The translations under genes and the position numbers were made by a program. 64,000 nucleotides of DNA, from positions 12,293 to 76,292 of the forward strand of contig CAZLYX010000002.1 in the NCBI GenBank assembly GCA_964563885.1. The letters run 5' to 3'. The DNA is from an uncultured Neisseria sp. Lineage in GTDB: Bacteria > Pseudomonadota > Gammaproteobacteria > Burkholderiales > Neisseriaceae. Positions 8,810-16,760 of the stretch are shown here, piece after piece; the first letter of the stretch is position 1, and the number at the start of each line of letters is the position of its first letter. The notes under the pieces are model-generated. The model had not been told where the DNA came from and did not search any database. It was given only the letters and a program-made list of their open reading frames with translations.

Positions 8810-9126
8810 TACACAGCTCCAGTAAGGTCGGTTAAAAGCAAATTTTGCCCATCTAAGATTAAATATTCCTGACGAATAGTACCGATGGCTTTATCGTCAC
8901 AACTTAGTAATATCTGATATTTATCTGTTACCCAGCATAAAGGTGCTTCGGATTGTTCATAGCGTGATAAAACGGCTAGAGCGGCTATATCGTTTGGAGG
9001 GTACTCGCTTTGAATTTTTAAAGCGAACTGACCGCTTTCGGTAATTTGATTATGTTCATTATCAGGCACCATGACTAGGAAGCCAAGATGTTCGCCTTGT
9101 GGATTATGAATACTAAAGTAATGCAT
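8809..9126 (-). CDS. Hypothetical protein (105 aa)
   Basis: The ORF is coupled to ccoS by a 1-nt overlap. I recognise no family. Confidence 0.4.
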   Translation of the reverse strand: MHYFSIHNPQGEHLGFLVMVPDNEHNQITESGQFALKIQSEYPPNDIAALAVLSRYEQSEAPLCWVTDKYQILLSCDDKAIGTIRQEYLILDGQNLLLTDLTGAV

Positions 9127-9240
9127 GATTTGCCATAAGTAATATGTAGAGTAAAATATTTAAGATTTTTTGTACAGAATCCGATAAATTATTTTATTTA
9201 TAATAAAACAGCCCTCATTTTAAAGGGCTGTTTTCATATC

Positions 9241-11298
9241 TTAGCTGCCAATCAGCTTGATTGTTTGACCTGGTTCAACAGTACGTGTATTACGATTCCA
9301 GCGACGGATATCATTAACATTTACATTGAATCGGCTAGCGATAGTATTGAGCGTATCGCCTTGACGTACAGTGTAAGAAACATTGCGCACATTGCTTTGT
9401 GTGCTCAATTTATTAGCCGCCACAATTTTCAATACTTGCCCTTTTCGGATATTGCTTCCAGAAAGATTGTTGGCAGTAATTAAATCGGCAACACTTAGAT
9501 CATAGCGTTGAGCAATGTTATATAAAGTATCACCATCGCCTACTTTATGGGCTTCTGTCTTCGCTGCATTGGCTTTTTCTGCTAAACGAAGATCACGAGC
9601 TTCAATTCGCTGCTGCTGTTTGGTACGAGCGGCGGCAAGTTTAGCTTCTTGAGCATCTGCTTTTGCAAGGGCATCACGCACAAGATCGCCAGCACTAATG
9701 CGAACTGCTGAAGCTTCAGCCAATACCGCCAAGTCATCGATGTTGTTGCTGCCAGAAACATCCATTTGTTGTGCTGTTGCTGTTTGAGTAGGCAGTGGCA
9801 AAGTTTCATTAATGGCAACGGCTTGATTAGGATTTTCAGTCGTTGTTTGCACTTCAGTAAGGATTGTGTGTTGAGTAGGTTGTTTTGTAGTAGCCAAAGA
9901 TTCGTCTATAATATTAGCAGCTGGCGACTCTATTTTTGTAATAGTAGTAGGCAGGGGTAAAGATTCGTTTATGGCCATCACGGGTGCTGTTTTATCTTCA
10001 ACAGTTTTGTTAAATACTGCTGGGGTACGCTGAAAAATAATATCATTGGTTACTAATTTAGGCATCGCTGCTACTAAAACAGGCTTTGGTAAAATTGGTT
10101 TAGCTTCAGCAAGTTGCTCTGCCGATATTGAGGTATTAATAGTATTGACTGGAACAAACGTTTGCGCAACATTGGCTTTTACAAAATCTATGTTTTGTTT
10201 GCTGCGTTCACTTTTTGCAACCGAAACGCTGCTTTCAGAATTTAATGTATCGCTTTTTTTGCCAGTTTCAGTAGCGATATTACTTAATGGTTTGTCGTTA
10301 CCGTTGTTGTATCCACCCCAAGATAGCAGTGTTTCAGGCTCAGCATTGCGCAGATTGCGCTCAAAAGCATTTGCAGAATCGACAGGTAAAAGAATTTTAC
10401 GGCCATTTTTAGGAATAAATACTGGTGATTTGAAAGCAGGATTTAAAGCTAATAATTCATTTTCAGATACATTAGCTAAGCGCGAGGCTACATTTAAATC
10501 AAGTGCTGTGTCGAGATTAATAGATTTAAAGTATGGTTTGTTATCAATATTACTTAAATTCATACCGAAAGTTTCGGGGTTGTTGACCAAATTGCGAACG
10601 GCTAACAATTTAGGAACATAATTGCGTGTTTCCTGAGGCATGCGCAAGTTTTCATAGACTGGAGTCAAGCCTTGTGCTTCAGCACGTCGTACTGCTCGTG
10701 ATACGTTGCCTTCGCCCCAGTTGTAAGCGGCTAAAGCCAATGACCAGTCGCCAAATAAACCATGTAGGTATTCTAAATAGTTAAGCGCGGCATCAGTAGC
10801 TGCATAAACATCGTGACGACCATCATATGAAGACGTTTGTTCTAAACCATATTGGCGACCAGTAGCAGGCATAAACTGCCATAAACCCGATGCGCCAACG
10901 TGTGACTTTGCCTTAATGACGAAAGCACTTTCAATGAAAGGTAATAATGCAATTTCGGCTGGCATGTGGCGCTTTTCAACTTCTTTGGTGATGTGGAAAA
11001 GGTAAGGCTTGCTGCGTTCGATGGTGCGATTAAAATAAGCACTGTTATTGGAAAATTTATTTTCATGAATACGTACTAGCTCAGGGTTTACTTCGTTCAT
11101 GCGAAAATCTTTACGCATGTTTGCCCATAAACTGCTGCCGCCAAATTTAGGTTTAGCTTCTTGTTGATGGAGCAATGATGAATTTAAACGCATCATAGCC
11201 ATGCCAACTTGATTAGCAGTGTGATTTTGACTATGTGCTTGAGCAGATAAGGTGCCTAAACCGGCTAGAGCTACCGCGAGGGTTTTCAATGATGCCAT
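9241..11298 (-). CDS. mltD: Membrane-bound lytic murein transglycosylase D with two C-terminal LysM domains
   Basis: It has a signal peptide and an SLT catalytic block (IESAF...GASGLWQFMPATGRQYGL...AAYNWGEGNV). Two LysM repeats follow (HKVGDGDTLYNIAQRY..., YTVRQGDTLNTIASRF...). Confidence 0.9.
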   Translation of the reverse strand: MASLKTLAVALAGLGTLSAQAHSQNHTANQVGMAMMRLNSSLLHQQEAKPKFGGSSLWANMRKDFRMNEVNPELVRIHENKFSNNSAYFNRTIERSKPYLFHITKEVEKRHMPAEIALLPFIESAFVIKAKSHVGASGLWQFMPATGRQYGLEQTSSYDGRHDVYAATDAALNYLEYLHGLFGDWSLALAAYNWGEGNVSRAVRRAEAQGLTPVYENLRMPQETRNYVPKLLAVRNLVNNPETFGMNLSNIDNKPYFKSINLDTALDLNVASRLANVSENELLALNPAFKSPVFIPKNGRKILLPVDSANAFERNLRNAEPETLLSWGGYNNGNDKPLSNIATETGKKSDTLNSESSVSVAKSERSKQNIDFVKANVAQTFVPVNTINTSISAEQLAEAKPILPKPVLVAAMPKLVTNDIIFQRTPAVFNKTVEDKTAPVMAINESLPLPTTITKIESPAANIIDESLATTKQPTQHTILTEVQTTTENPNQAVAINETLPLPTQTATAQQMDVSGSNNIDDLAVLAEASAVRISAGDLVRDALAKADAQEAKLAAARTKQQQRIEARDLRLAEKANAAKTEAHKVGDGDTLYNIAQRYDLSVADLITANNLSGSNIRKGQVLKIVAANKLSTQSNVRNVSYTVRQGDTLNTIASRFNVNVNDIRRWNRNTRTVEPGQTIKLIGS

Positions 11299-11498
11299 AG
11301 TGGATATACTTTAAAGAAAGATGAAATTTAATGACGTTGATGTTAGTCTGTGATACTGCTAGGTGTCAAGTTACGATATAGGTAAAAATTCCTCAATATT
11401 TTAAATATATTCAGGCAATTAAAGACTTGTTTTAAGATGACTATTTAATGAGATTTCTGTATGAATGACGATACGATAAGAGCAGGTGAGTGTGATCT

Positions 11499-12227
11499 AT
11501 GAATAATCTTATTTTAAATCAATGGTTTGATAGTAGCTTGGCTGGAGGCTATCTGAAAAAAAAAGAGTTGGACTTTTATCGACTCTCGTTGCAAGAATTA
11601 CAAGGGGAGACCATTGTTCAAGTGAGTATGCTGACTTGGCCTTTGTTGCCGTTATGCAACGGTAAGATGCTGATTTTACAAGATAGTAATGATAAGGCCG
11701 CCCATGTTAGGATGCTTCCAGAATGTTCTGCGTGGGGGCGGGAGACAATAGATGTTTTAATTTTCCCTCATATTTTGTCGTGTAGTGAGACGCCTGATAA
11801 AGTATTAGCAGAAGCTTATTACGCATTAAAACCTCAAGGGAAATTGGTTTTAACGGAGTTTAATCCTCACTCGTTGTGGGGATTAGCTAAGGCTTTTGAT
11901 GGTGAAAGGCTACCTGAAAAGCAATATTGTCTGGCTTTGCCTGATCTGAAGAAAAAAGCGATGGCATTGGGTTTTAGTGTTGAGCGTGGCCGGTTTATGG
12001 GTTATGCGCCTTTTATTAAACAAGGCCAGAGTAATATTGAAAAATGGGCGTTTATGGAGGCCGCTGGCAATCGTTGGTGGCCACATGCAGCTGCAGCGTA
12101 TGGGTTGGTACTAGTAAAACAGGTGGTGCGTATGATGCCGTTGCTGAAAGCTGAACAGGTTGAAGAGCCGAATGGCATGGTATTGGGTATAGCGCGAGCT
12201 AATACAGCAAAAACACAAGAATTATGA
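11499..12227 (+). CDS. Class I SAM-dependent methyltransferase-like protein (YafS-like)
   Basis: LKPQGKLVLTEFNPHS is a post-II motif of type-11 methyltransferases. The gene is divergent from mltD, as yafS is in enterics. It contains one exact DUS (ERLPEK). Confidence 0.55.
   Translation: MNNLILNQWFDSSLAGGYLKKKELDFYRLSLQELQGETIVQVSMLTWPLLPLCNGKMLILQDSNDKAAHVRMLPECSAWGRETIDVLIFPHILSCSETPDKVLAEAYYALKPQGKLVLTEFNPHSLWGLAKAFDGERLPEKQYCLALPDLKKKAMALGFSVERGRFMGYAPFIKQGQSNIEKWAFMEAAGNRWWPHAAAAYGLVLVKQVVRMMPLLKAEQVEEPNGMVLGIARANTAKTQEL
11907..11918 (+). repeat. DUS exact copy inside the methyltransferase gene
   Basis: AGGCTACCTGAA read as R-L-P-E. Confidence 0.9.
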
Positions 12228-12244
12228 TCACTACTGATGTAAAT

Positions 12245-12270
12245 AAAGCTGCCTGAATGGCAGCTTTATT
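12245..12270. terminator. Terminator hairpin containing a DUS-like variant AAGCTGCCTGAA
   Basis: aaagctgcc-tgaat-ggcagcttt, followed by an A/T-rich tail. Confidence 0.65.
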
Positions 12271-12286
12271 ATTGGGTATTCAGTAT

Positions 12287-12775
12287 TTAAATAAGACTGG
12301 CGATATACATAAAAGCTAATGTGATGAGGATAACAAGCGCGCAACCAATTTTGGCGACCACACCTATAATAAAGCCAATAAATGTGCCAATGCCTACTTT
12401 ACCGGCTGTCCACAAGTCTTTTCGTGCCCAAAACTCACCAATGGCTGCACCAAGCAGCGGGCCAAGTAGTAAGCCAGGGATGGAAAAGAAAGCACCGATG
12501 ATGCCGCCAATTAATGCACCCCAGATGGCGGTTTTACTGGCACCAGTAAACTTAGCGCCGAGCATGCCAGCAACGTAGTCCATGGCCGTGCCAACCACTG
12601 TAACAATGCCTAGAAAAATCAGGGTATTAGTACCAATAATGGTGTAATCGCCGGCATAGCCCAATAGCCAAGCACCAGCAAACATCAGAATGAGGCCTGG
12701 GATGGCTGGATAAATGGTGCCGAGTAAGCCGATCATAAGGGCAATAAGGCCGGAAATAACGAGAATGGCGGTCAT
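12287..12775 (-). CDS. DUF456 family membrane protein
   Basis: This is a Gly-rich 4-TM protein. GLLGTIYPAIPG and LLGPLLGAAIGE are typical DUF456 blocks. Confidence 0.6.
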   Translation of the reverse strand: MTAILVISGLIALMIGLLGTIYPAIPGLILMFAGAWLLGYAGDYTIIGTNTLIFLGIVTVVGTAMDYVAGMLGAKFTGASKTAIWGALIGGIIGAFFSIPGLLLGPLLGAAIGEFWARKDLWTAGKVGIGTFIGFIIGVVAKIGCALVILITLAFMYIASLI

Positions 12776-12801
12776 GGGTGCTCCGTAAGGTTAATATATT
12801 A

Positions 12802-12813
12802 AGGCTACCTGAA
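12802..12813 (+). repeat. DUS exact copy (single, intergenic)
   Basis: Read directly: ttaAGGCTACCTGAAtc. Confidence 0.9.
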
Positions 12814-13097
12814 TCAGTTTGTGGAACGTAGTAAGACTAAGGTATCGTTGCCTGCTAGACTCAGTCTCCACAACATTTCAGCCGATAACAATACCTGAAA
12901 ACGCTTACTACATAATCCAACACCTTGCTTAAAATGAGCGACTTATCCGTTAGCAAGTCGCTCTTTGCGCTAGCAAACATACTACTATGCAAGCTGCTTC
13001 ATCGTCAGCAATATTCAGTTTTTGAACGGTTCAGGAATTTGCTACTTTAGCCGTTCAGATAAAAGAAGTCCAAGCAGGTAACCGAAGGTGCCTTGAT

Positions 13098-14279
13098 TTA
13101 TGTTCTAAACATCGCACCGGTTGGTTTTATTCCCACGTAAGCCATTCCTGCTTGATCCATCCAGTGGGGTTGAATAATTCCATGCTGTGAAATCGCATGA
13201 ATGTCTCTGTGCGCTCTCTCAATTTTATATTTTTGATATAAGGAAGAGGTGCCTGCAACAGCATAAATCTCAGATAACATGCATTTTGCTTCTTTTACCG
13301 CCTCACAGGATGCAGCCCATACATCGGCAAGTTGCTCATCAGTAAAGGTATTTTTATGCTGCGATTCTTCCCATAATATTGCAACACTATTGTGTAACTG
13401 TGAGCGTTTAGACGCTAATAAGGTCTTACTTTTTGCTATAGCAGCTTGCACTGTTGTGCGGTCACGCAAATCTGGGCTTTTCCCAGGGGTAACTCTTTCG
13501 AGACACATGTTAACTAAATCGTCTGTGGCCGACTTTAAAACACCTAAAGCCATCGCGGCACAACCAGCGGCATTTATACAACCAATAGGTAATCGACTAT
13601 AAGCATTGTCAATTGCGACTGGACTATCAAAACCTACAGCATACTGTTCTTTTACAAAGGCATCTTTTACTATTACATCATGACTGCCTGTCCCCTTTAA
13701 CCCACCTACATTCCATGTATCAACTACTTTAATATCTTTCTTTGGAATGAAAAATAGTTTTAAGTTTGCACCCGGGCCAAGTGTCTGAGGAGAGTCTTCT
13801 GAGGTAACTAAACAGCGTAAAACAAGCCAGTCGGCTAACTCGCAGCCAGATACTAGTGTCCATTGGCCAGACACCATATAACCCCCCGGAACGATCTTAG
13901 CAACTCCTTCGGGACGTGCTGAGTTGGCATAAATATTAGACGTATTACTATACAACTCCTTCATGCTGGCTTCGTCCAAATAGCGACCAAAAGTACAAGC
14001 TAGATGATTGTTCCAAACAATCCAAGCAACTGAAGCTTCTGCACTGGCTAGTAGTTCATAAACCTTTAAGGTTTCTAGAGGATTATCTTCCCATCCCCCT
14101 AAAGACTTTGGTAATCCCATTTTAAATAGTTTGAGTTCGGAGAGCCGCTCAACAACAGCTGAAGCAACTTTTCTAGAGTTTTCTGTTTCTTCTCTATATG
14201 ACACTGCTAATTCATAAATTTCCTGGGCTGCGTCAGTAGATAGAATATTTTTTGTTGTTAATGAAGTTGTATAACTCAT
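13098..14279 (-). CDS. Acyl-CoA dehydrogenase-fold flavoprotein, probably a group-D flavin-dependent monooxygenase
   Basis: It is 393 aa with an ACAD N/M/C-domain-like layout (GGWEDNPLETLKVYELLA..., GTGSHDVIVKDAFV, ...AHRDIHAISQHG). No acyl-CoA pathway neighbours are present. Confidence 0.6.
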   Translation of the reverse strand: MSYTTSLTTKNILSTDAAQEIYELAVSYREETENSRKVASAVVERLSELKLFKMGLPKSLGGWEDNPLETLKVYELLASAEASVAWIVWNNHLACTFGRYLDEASMKELYSNTSNIYANSARPEGVAKIVPGGYMVSGQWTLVSGCELADWLVLRCLVTSEDSPQTLGPGANLKLFFIPKKDIKVVDTWNVGGLKGTGSHDVIVKDAFVKEQYAVGFDSPVAIDNAYSRLPIGCINAAGCAAMALGVLKSATDDLVNMCLERVTPGKSPDLRDRTTVQAAIAKSKTLLASKRSQLHNSVAILWEESQHKNTFTDEQLADVWAASCEAVKEAKCMLSEIYAVAGTSSLYQKYKIERAHRDIHAISQHGIIQPHWMDQAGMAYVGIKPTGAMFRT

Positions 14280-14290
14280 ATTTATACCTT

Positions 14291-14360
14291 ATTAAATTTA
14301 ATTAAAGCGACTATTTTATATTTTAATTAAATTTAACAAAAGCGACTGTTTTATATCTTA
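14291..14360. repeat. Imperfect 35-bp tandem duplication in the AT-rich region upstream of the ACAD-like gene
   Basis: attaaatttaattaaagcgactattttata(tttta) versus attaaatttaacaaaagcgactgttttata(tctta). About 3-5 mismatches. Confidence 0.7.
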
Positions 14361-14522
14361 TTAGATTTAGAGAAATGATACGTTTAAGTTAAAACAAACC
14401 AATCATTATTGATTTTTATTCCAATAATTAACTTGTAATTGTTTACATTAAAATCACAGATATTTTTCATCAACCAACAGCCTAAAGACACCTAAAATGA
14501 AGGCAGATTAATACATAAAAAG

Positions 14523-15482
14523 TTATGATTTGGGCTTGCTGGCCAGAATGTTAATCACTTTACGAATGGGAAGGGTGTCTACAGAAGGCATTTTAATTTC
14601 TTGTGTGTCTTGCTCACTTAAGCTACCTGAAAACTGAACAGGCATCGTTTCGCTGTCGAATGCCGTATCGCCGCCATGTTTTAAATCTTGCCCACGTTGC
14701 AAGTTTTTAAAATCAAATAGTTCATTGTCGGCCAAATGAGAAGGTACAACATTGCGCAGTGCGGTAAACATGCTTTCTACGCGACCAGGAAAACGTTTAT
14801 CCCAATCATTTATCATTTCTTTTATCACTTGGCGTTGTAAATTAGGCTGTGAGCCACAAAGGTTGCACGGAATAATGGGAAATGCTTTTAACTCAGAATA
14901 GCGTTCAATGTCTTTTTCTTTAACATAAGCTAGCGGGCGAATAACGATGTGTTCGCCATTATCAGACACAAGTTTGGGCGGCATGGCTTTAAGCTTGCCG
15001 CCGTAAAACATATTTAAGAACAGCGTTTGTAAAATATCATCGCGATGGTGACCCAGCGCAATTTTTGTACAGCCCAATTCTTTGGCCACTCGATATAGAA
15101 CACCGCGACGCAAACGGCTGCATAAAGAGCACGTGGTTTTACCCTCTTCAATCACGCGTTTAACCACGCTATAGGTATCTTCTTCGATAACTTTATAGTC
15201 AACGCCAATGCTATTGAGGTATTCAGGCAGAATATACTCGGGAAAGCCAGGTTGTTTTTGGTCGAGATTAACAGCGATTAGCTCAAAATCAATCGGCGCA
15301 GAAGCTTGAAGCTGGCGCAAAATATCGAGCAGTGTATAGCTGTCTTTGCCGCCAGAGAGGCAAACCATGATTTTATCGCCCGCTTCAATCATATTGAAGT
15401 CGTTGATGGCATCGCCAACGGCGTGACGCAAGCGTTTGTTGAGTTTATTATTTTCGAGTTCGTGTTTTGTTTTTTTTGACAT
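14523..15482 (-). CDS. ttcA: tRNA 2-thiocytidine(32) synthetase TtcA
   Basis: It has the PP-loop (VCLSGGKDS) and the [10 protein letters not shown] and CNLCGSQ cysteine motifs. The start was moved to the ATG at 15482 ([14 protein letters not shown]). Its C-terminal tail contains an AAGCTACCTGAA DUS variant. Confidence 0.93.
   Translation of the reverse strand: MSKKTKHELENNKLNKRLRHAVGDAINDFNMIEAGDKIMVCLSGGKDSYTLLDILRQLQASAPIDFELIAVNLDQKQPGFPEYILPEYLNSIGVDYKVIEEDTYSVVKRVIEEGKTTCSLCSRLRRGVLYRVAKELGCTKIALGHHRDDILQTLFLNMFYGGKLKAMPPKLVSDNGEHIVIRPLAYVKEKDIERYSELKAFPIIPCNLCGSQPNLQRQVIKEMINDWDKRFPGRVESMFTALRNVVPSHLADNELFDFKNLQRGQDLKHGGDTAFDSETMPVQFSGSLSEQDTQEIKMPSVDTLPIRKVINILASKPKS
14620..14631 (+). 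repeat. DUS variant AAGCTACCTGAA inside the ttcA 3' region
   Basis: Read directly. On the coding strand it is translated as SGSL. Confidence 0.85.
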
Positions 15483-15719
15483 ATTAAGGCAAGTAATCCA
15501 AGTTAAGCGAAGATTATACTGTAAAAGAAAACGCCTCATCTTGGGTAATTTTAGGGTTTAATACCTTGACTTGTACAGGGCGCATTCTGTTTATTATTTA
15601 ATTGCAATATTTAATTGAAACCATATGGCTTAGCACATGGTTATCAGGCATTAATTATTTGGTTATTGTTAAATTTGTTGACTGATAAGCCATGTTATAA
15701 ATAATAGCCTTTACGTGGG

Positions 15720-15758
15720 CGCGGATATCATTGAATAAAATAGTCAATGATATCCGCG
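15720..15758. other. 15-bp perfect-stem hairpin immediately downstream of the lipoprotein gene
   Basis: cgcggatatcattga-ataaaatag-tcaatgatatccgcg. There is no clear U-tract, so it may be a terminator or a junction element. Confidence 0.6.
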
Positions 15759-15760
15759 TG

Positions 15761-16297
15761 TTATAATTCTTCCCATGTTATAACTAGCTCGGTAACGCCA
15801 TCCATGCTTGCCAAGTTTCCACCAATGAGAGACCAATTTTCTGAGTGTGTTGGACTTTTGCCTTGGATGACAATGTTTTTAGAATCAATTGTCTGAGAGG
15901 CGTCTTCTAATTTTCGTCCTTCAAGATAAGTTGTATACATCGAAGTAATGGTTTCCATATCTTTTTTGGTGCGAATAATTAATAAGACAGATTTCTTACC
16001 TTCGTTCTGTTCCGAATTAGATGTCGTTATCTCAACATCGTCAGGTAATGGAAAGTCTGTAGGTAAATATTTAGGTAATTTCACATTTTTCTCTGTTGCA
16101 CTTTCAGTCGGTGATACATCACTGTTTTCTTCTTTTAAATCTTGTGCTTTAGTAGTTGTTTCTAGGTTTTTGGTAACATCCTCTTTGTCAGATGCTTCTA
16201 TTTTAGTTTGCGTAGTTGGTTCGCAAGCCACTAAAGATAAGACGAGTGCAACTGCAACTCCTGCATAGATCACTCTCAATTTGCCAGTATTCATCAT
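15761..16297 (-). CDS. Hypothetical lipoprotein (178 aa)
   Basis: It has a signal peptide with a lipobox (LVLSLVAC|EP) and an acidic, Thr/Glu/Lys-rich N-terminal linker. I recognise no family. Confidence 0.6.
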   Translation of the reverse strand: MMNTGKLRVIYAGVAVALVLSLVACEPTTQTKIEASDKEDVTKNLETTTKAQDLKEENSDVSPTESATEKNVKLPKYLPTDFPLPDDVEITTSNSEQNEGKKSVLLIIRTKKDMETITSMYTTYLEGRKLEDASQTIDSKNIVIQGKSPTHSENWSLIGGNLASMDGVTELVITWEEL

Positions 16298-16399
16298 GTC
16301 ATTTATTCCTTATTTAAAAAAGATAAGAGTCATAGATATGTTCTTAAGTTGCGTTATATCTAACATTAATGCTGTTTATGAGGTATTTAAATAAAATAT

Positions 16400-16649
16400 A
16401 CTCGGAAAACAAGGATGTTTTTGATCGAGATTAGCAGCGATTAACTAAACATTAATACGTACAGAGGCTTAAAGTTTATGCAAAGTATCCAGCAAAGTAT
16501 AGCAGCTGTCTTTGCCGCCAGAGAGGCAAGCCATGATGTTATCGCCCGCTTCAGTCATATTGAAATCGTAGATGGCATCGTCAACTGCGAGATGCAGGTG
16601 TTTATTGAGTTTATTATTTTCGAGTTCGTGATGTGTTTTTTTAGACATA
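16400..16649 (-). pseudogene. Decayed duplicate of the ttcA 5' end (promoter-proximal about 250 nt)
   Basis: From the ATG at 16649 the minus strand reads [59 protein letters not shown]. The authentic gene reads [59 protein letters not shown]. There is a premature TAA at 16470-16472. Nucleotide similarity continues to about 16400 and into the upstream leader (about 16650-16695). Confidence 0.85.
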
Positions 16650-16696
16650 ACAATGCAAGGGATGCAAATTAAGCCAGAATTATAGCGTAAAAGAGT

Positions 16697-16734
16697 AGGC
16701 TACCTGAAAACGAAATTTTGTTTTCAGGTAGCCT
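16697..16734. terminator. Exact DUS inverted pair / terminator after eptA
   Basis: AGGCTACCTGAAaacgaaattttgtTTTCAGGTAGCCT. Confidence 0.85.
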
Positions 16735-16760
16735 TTATATTTATGAACACCTTAGCTAGA

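Noticed and set aside
9760-10000. An internal repeat in the mltD linker (AINESLPLPT... / AINETLPLPT...).
   Set aside because: It is a real but short duplication within a low-complexity Thr/Pro/Gln-rich linker, which is common in such proteins and has no evident regulatory meaning.
10046-10621. A 191-aa + strand ORF inside mltD. Similar long antisense ORFs occur at 1589-1885, 2169-2402, 12321-12578, 13279-13602, 15948-16268, 20423-20794, 34114-34839, 37473-38181, 44396-45166, 52198-52560 and elsewhere.
   Set aside because: All lie wholly inside longer ORFs on the opposite strand that have clear family signatures. They have low-complexity, atypical composition and no independent start context.
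11556-11564. A9 tract near the 5' end of the methyltransferase gene. A8 or T8 tracts also occur in hpnD (about 2171), ttcA (15470-15477), lolD (about 23430), lemA (about 31628) and the M48 gene (32392-32399). These were considered as slipped-strand phase-variation switches.
   Set aside because: Tracts of 8-9 A/T are expected frequently in Lys-rich segments of an AT-rich genome and are shorter than typical neisserial phase-variable tracts. Several are in essential genes. This is worth revisiting only if population sequencing shows length variation.
12776-13097. A possible small RNA or tRNA-like element in the 322-bp spacer (several short stems, one 9-bp hairpin).
   Set aside because: I could not fold a cloverleaf or recognise any conserved ncRNA motif (tmRNA, 6S, SRP, RNase P, riboswitch cores). 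It is left as unassigned spacer within the ACAD-islet finding.
16478-16672. A 64-aa ORF on the + strand from the ORF track.
   Set aside because: It is the antisense shadow of the decayed ttcA 5' duplicate, and the real signal is on the minus strand.
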